Shown here: in pieces, positions 16,105-19,213 of the stretch | How positions within the stretch are numbered: the first letter of the stretch is position 1 | Layout: every line of letters begins with the position of its first letter | Origin: Candidatus Auribacterota bacterium | Lineage (GTDB): Bacteria > Auribacterota > UBA6266 | Direction of reading: 5' to 3' | Assembly (NCBI GenBank): GCA_023136205.1 | Contig: JAGLRQ010000031.1 | Coordinates: forward strand, 1-19,213 | DNA length: 19,213 nt | The notes under the pieces: generated by a model | Seen by the model: only the letters and a program-made list of their open reading frames with translations | The model's database searches: none | Told to the model about the DNA's origin: nothing | Made by a program: the position numbers and the translations under genes

Positions 16105-16473
16105 TTAATTATAAATACCACTATAGTAAAAACAGCAATAAATATAGTAGGCACCAATAATTGTCGATGGATTAACATCAGGATAAACTAACTTCTCGAT
16201 ATAGTGAACTATAAATGAACCGGGATAGGTTAAATCAGGATTATACTTCGCTCTTACGGTATTTTCCAGTATGGTTAAAGGGCAATATTCTCTTAAAAGA
16301 GCTAAAAGCCCAACATAGATTATACCGCAAAGATGAAGTGTTCTGAATAACCACCAATCAAAAAATCTTTTATAGAAGAAACCGCCTAAAGTGAGTATAG
16401 TTCCTGCCAGCATAAACAATATCCAGGCAAAATGTATAACCACAATTAAATCGGCAAAGATTTTGTACAGCAT
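16105..16473 (-). CDS. DUF2784-family membrane protein (3' end possibly frameshifted)
   Basis: 122 aa. MLYKIFADLIVVIHFAWILFML..., LHLCGIIYVGLLALLREYCPLTILEN (the family's CPLT motif) and ...YPD. The last 15 residues (AYYIYCCFYYSGIYN) look compositionally out of frame. Confidence 0.7.
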   Translation of the reverse strand: MLYKIFADLIVVIHFAWILFMLAGTILTLGGFFYKRFFDWWLFRTLHLCGIIYVGLLALLREYCPLTILENTVRAKYNPDLTYPGSFIVHYIEKLVYPDVNPSTIIGAYYIYCCFYYSGIYN

Positions 16474-16528
16474 TTGTTACCCCGTTAGGAAAGGGCCTCG
16501 GCCAAAATTTTGAGTGAAATTACACGGT

Positions 16529-16602
16529 AATGGGGACGGTTCTAATTGTTTTTCTTCTTGAGTTTGTCGTCAAGAGTTTGCTTAATTAGAACCGTCCCCA
16601 TT
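16529..16602. repeat. 74-nt element with 19-bp perfect terminal inverted repeats
   Basis: aatggggacggttctaatt (16529-16547) is the exact reverse complement of aattagaaccgtccccatt (16584-16602). An inner 6-bp stem tcttga/tcaaga (16556-16561 and 16570-16575) closes an 8-nt loop. Lies in the cupin/DUF2784 spacer. Confidence 0.85.
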
Positions 16603-16648
16603 TTGCTCACCATCCGGCATCCAAAAACTTTAATGAAAACCTTTTTGC

Positions 16649-16954
16649 TCATCTCTTAATTAAAACCAACAACATTTTGAATCGTTCTTTTGCCTGTACT
16701 GAATGCGGTTTATTCGCGGGCATTATTATCACTTCGCCTTCCTTTACGATAGATGGCTTTCCGGATATTGTAATTTCTGCCTGGCCGTCAAGGATATTAA
16801 CCAAAGCATCAAAGGAGGATGTATGCTCGCTTAAACCCTGGCCTTTATCAAAAGCAAACAGTGTCACTATTCCTGCTTCCTTCTTCATTATTTCTTTACT
16901 CACCACAGATCCATCCTGATAATTTACCTTGTTAACTAACCTAAAGGCCTGCAT
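16649..16954 (-). CDS. Small cupin-domain protein
   Basis: 101 aa. GLSEHTSSFDALVNILDGQAEITISG...GEVIIMPANKPHSV fits the two-motif cupin_2 pattern. The ATG lies 12 nt after the ldh stop, with GGAG upstream. Confidence 0.75.
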   Translation of the reverse strand: MQAFRLVNKVNYQDGSVVSKEIMKKEAGIVTLFAFDKGQGLSEHTSSFDALVNILDGQAEITISGKPSIVKEGEVIIMPANKPHSVQAKERFKMLLVLIKR

Positions 16955-16966
16955 ACTCTCTTCTCC

Positions 16967-17923
16967 TTAAAATTTTATGCCTTTTATAATCCCTTTTAGC
17001 GTCTGGGCTGAATGTTTGAACTGGGCTTGTTCTTTGGCCGATAATTCAAGCCTTAAAATCCGTTCAACCCCGCCTCTGTTAACAATAGCCGGCAGGCTTA
17101 AACATACGTCATTTATGCCATAGTAATCTTTCATTAAAATTGATACAGGCAGCACCGAATTTTCATCCCTCAATATAACTTCTGTTATCCTTACTAATGC
17201 CAGGGCTATGGCATAAGACGTGGCATCTTTTGCCTCAATAATTTCATAGGCCGCATTTTTGACTTTATCAAATAATTTTTCCAATTCCTTTTCATGTCCG
17301 CAATTGCCGAAATTTTTACACATTGGGCAATACTTCTCTATTTTCATTCCGCCTATACTGGCGTTGCTCCATACCGGAAGCTCAGTATCCCCGTGTTCGC
17401 CTATTACATATGCGTGCACATTCCTCGGGTCCACCTTACAATGCTCGCTTATTAAATAGCGAAATCTCGAGGTGTCCAAAGCAGTACCTGATCCAATGAC
17501 TCTATTGGCGGGCAATCCTGAAATTTTCAGGGTTAAATAGGTAAGGATATCTACCGGATTAGTAACGACAAGGATAATCGCGTCTTTTGTGTATTTTATT
17601 ATATTTGAGATAATGTCTTTGAATATATCGACATTTGTCTGTACTAAATCTATTCTTGTCTGGCCCGGTTTTTGTCTTGCCCCCGCGGTTATAACTACAA
17701 TGTCAGAATCAGCGCAACCCTCATAACCTTGAGAGGATATAGTCACAGGATAAGTAAAACTTAAGCCGTGCTTTAAATCCATACACTCACCGGCAGCTTT
17801 TTTCTTGTCCTTATCTACAATAACTATCTCTCTTGCTATTCCCCTTATCATTAAGGCAAATGCGAAGGCGCTTCCAACATTCCCTGACCCTATAATCGAA
17901 ACTTTCGGTTTTGATAGCCTCAT
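16967..17923 (-). CDS. ldh: L-lactate dehydrogenase
   Basis: 318 aa. Rossmann motif IIGSGNVGSAFAF. ITAGARQKPGQTRIDL has Gln at the substrate-specificity position, indicating LDH rather than MDH. Also VVTNPVD, the DTSRFR arginine and the IGEHGD catalytic His. AGGTGA lies 4 nt before the ATG. Confidence 0.92.
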   Translation of the reverse strand: MRLSKPKVSIIGSGNVGSAFAFALMIRGIAREIVIVDKDKKKAAGECMDLKHGLSFTYPVTISSQGYEGCADSDIVVITAGARQKPGQTRIDLVQTNVDIFKDIISNIIKYTKDAIILVVTNPVDILTYLTLKISGLPANRVIGSGTALDTSRFRYLISEHCKVDPRNVHAYVIGEHGDTELPVWSNASIGGMKIEKYCPMCKNFGNCGHEKELEKLFDKVKNAAYEIIEAKDATSYAIALALVRITEVILRDENSVLPVSILMKDYYGINDVCLSLPAIVNRGGVERILRLELSAKEQAQFKHSAQTLKGIIKGIKF

Positions 17924-18034
17924 GCGATCACCTTATTTTATTAAATCTTTCAACTCAACAATATCATCTATTATATAATTTTGTCCCTAAAACATTTTAA
18001 CACCGCTTTCACATTTTGAGTAAAATTACATAAA

Positions 18035-19213
18035 CTACTTATTTTTCAAATACTTGTACAACTCACCTGACCATAATACTGAAGATGAAAAAAGAACTAT
18101 AGCTAATATTTCTAATAAACTTAGGGGCACAAATTGAAATACGCCCTGGAAAAATGGGACGTAAAGCACCATGGCTAATAAAACGACAGAAGCTATAAGA
18201 GACGCGACTATAAATTTATTGCTAAAAAGGCCTATCTTAAAAATAGATCTTTTAAGTGAGCGCATATTTAAAACATTAAATAATTGAGTAAATGCCATAA
18301 CAGTAAATGCTCCTGTTCTAGCCTTTCCTATTCCGCCCGGTAAGTAGGCGTTAAAAATAATTAATGTAAGAATAACCATAATACCGGCCATAATGAGCAT
18401 GAAAGGAATGATTTCTTTTGATAAAATATTTTCTTTTGCCTTTCGTGGAAGTTCTTCCAAAACGTCCTCATGGCTTGGTTCAGCGGCCAAGGCAACATCG
18501 GTAACTCCATCAGTAACCAAATTGAGCCATAACAGCTGACTAGGCAGCAATGGCAATGGAAGGCCAAGAAGCAGTGTAGTTATAATACTTATACTTTCCG
18601 CGAAATTAGTAGTGATTAGAAAAGCACTTGCCTGTCTTGTATTCGTAAAAACAGTTCTTCCTTCTTCTATCGCATTCATAATAGAAGAGAAATTATCATC
18701 AGCGAGCACAATATCGCTTGATTCTCTTGCTACATCAGTGCCAATTATCCCCATAGCAATTCCGATATCCGCTTTTTTAAGCGCGGGCGCGTCATTAACC
18801 CCATCCCCTGTCATGGCAACAATATGGCCTTGTTTTTGTAAAGTTTCGACAATTCTTAATTTCATGGCAGGAGTTAACCTGGCGAAAACAGAAATATGTT
18901 TTATTGTTTCTTCAAATTCTTCTTTTGAAAGCTTTAGCAAGTCTTGTTCAGTAAGAACCTCCGGAAACTTACTTTCTACCTTTTCGCCAATCATCCCAAT
19001 CTCTTTAGCGATAGCAACAGCTGTATCTTTATGGTCTCCTGTCTTCATAATAACTCTAATACCTGCCTTCTCAGCTTTAGCAATTGCCTCCTTAACCTGG
19101 GGCCTTGGAGGATCTATCATGCCGACAACACCAACCAAAACAAGATCATTGACCAAATCTTCTGACAGGTTATCTGTGCCGGCAGGAGTTATCTTGTAAG
19201 CTAAGCCAAGAAC
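18035..19213 (-). CDS. Cation-transporting P-type ATPase (P2/Ca2+-type), C-terminal part only; the N-terminus lies beyond the window edge
   Basis: The frame stays open upstream of the track's TTG 'start' to position 19213 (VLGLAYKITPAGTDNLSED-LVNDLVLVGVVGMIDPPRP). Motifs: MKTGDHKDTA, the MTGDGVNDAPALKKADIGIAMG hinge, and LLWLNLVTDGVTDVALAAEP (TM6-like), followed by C-terminal TM helices. Confidence 0.92.
   Translation of the reverse strand, partial: VLGLAYKITPAGTDNLSEDLVNDLVLVGVVGMIDPPRPQVKEAIAKAEKAGIRVIMKTGDHKDTAVAIAKEIGMIGEKVESKFPEVLTEQDLLKLSKEEFEETIKHISVFARLTPAMKLRIVETLQKQGHIVAMTGDGVNDAPALKKADIGIAMGIIGTDVARESSDIVLADDNFSSIMNAIEEGRTVFTNTRQASAFLITTNFAESISIITTLLLGLPLPLLPSQLLWLNLVTDGVTDVALAAEPSHEDVLEELPRKAKENILSKEIIPFMLIMAGIMVILTLIIFNAYLPGGIGKARTGAFTVMAFTQLFNVLNMRSLKRSIFKIGLFSNKFIVASLIASVVLLAMVLYVPFFQGVFQFVPLSLLEILAIVLFSSSVLWSGELYKYLKNK

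Noticed and set aside
16507-16524. An 18-mer, ATTTTGAGTGAAATTACA, recurs at 18013-18030 with one mismatch; both copies lie in minus-strand intergenic spacers
   Set aside because: A rough estimate gives on the order of 0.3 to a few chance 17/18 matches in 19 kb of AT-rich DNA when both strands are counted. The flanks do not align and the motif is not palindromic. Revisit only if a genome-wide search shows enrichment.
16529-16602. Reading the long inverted repeat as the rho-independent terminator of the ldh-cupin unit
   Set aside because: On the minus (gene) strand the stem is followed by ACCGUGUAAUUUCAC, not a U-tract. The only T-run is on the plus strand. It is kept as an unexplained element in the findings.
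17970-18000. Possible ldh promoter on the minus strand (TTAAAA-17-TATATAAT)
   Set aside because: The -35 match is weak and the spacer is AT-rich, so many equivalent matches occur by chance. It is not supportable as a feature without TSS data.
18612-19199. Long plus-strand ORFs antisense to solid genes: 195 aa here, 151 aa at 2822-3277, 150 aa at 8793-9245, 150 aa at 11459-11911, and the 62-103 aa ORFs at 141-1193, 7192-8553, 13269-13577, 13782-14876 and 16677-16919
   Set aside because: All lie entirely opposite strongly supported CDS. Their composition is low-complexity and Ser/Phe/Ile-rich, typical of shadow frames in AT-rich DNA. I see no recognisable domains or convincing RBS.

Overview
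AT-rich bacterial window. All 19 recognisable CDS lie on the minus strand and are tightly packed, often overlapping. In transcription order (high to low coordinates): a 5'-truncated P-type cation ATPase; ldh plus a small cupin; a DUF2784 membrane protein; an Rrf2 (NsrR-like) regulator, hcp and a small CX3CP membrane protein, apparently one operon behind a consensus promoter with a palindromic operator; a small GIY-YIG protein; miaB; mutS; mutL; miaA; hflX; an amidase_2 cell-wall amidase; and mreB-mreC-mreD-mrdA, with mrdA running off the window at position 1. I found no rRNA, tRNA, CRISPR array, transposase, integrase, toxin-antitoxin or recognisable defence genes, and I cannot point to a novel protein-coding system. 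The unexplained material is non-coding. (1) A composite repeat family sits in two intra-operon spacers (mreC/mreD and miaB/mutS). It has a 32-nt GC-rich core bracketed by TATCTNGT octamers plus a 42-nt pyrimidine-rich module. (2) Two abutting strong palindromes lie inside the 5' end of the miaB ORF. (3) A 74-nt element with 19-bp perfect inverted arms lies between the cupin and DUF2784 genes. Smaller oddities are a likely frameshift at the DUF2784 3' end, a probable leaderless GIY-YIG gene, and E. coli-like mutL-miaA-hflX synteny without hfq. All alignments and folds were done by eye and need computational confirmation. The taxon cannot be determined from the sequence alone.
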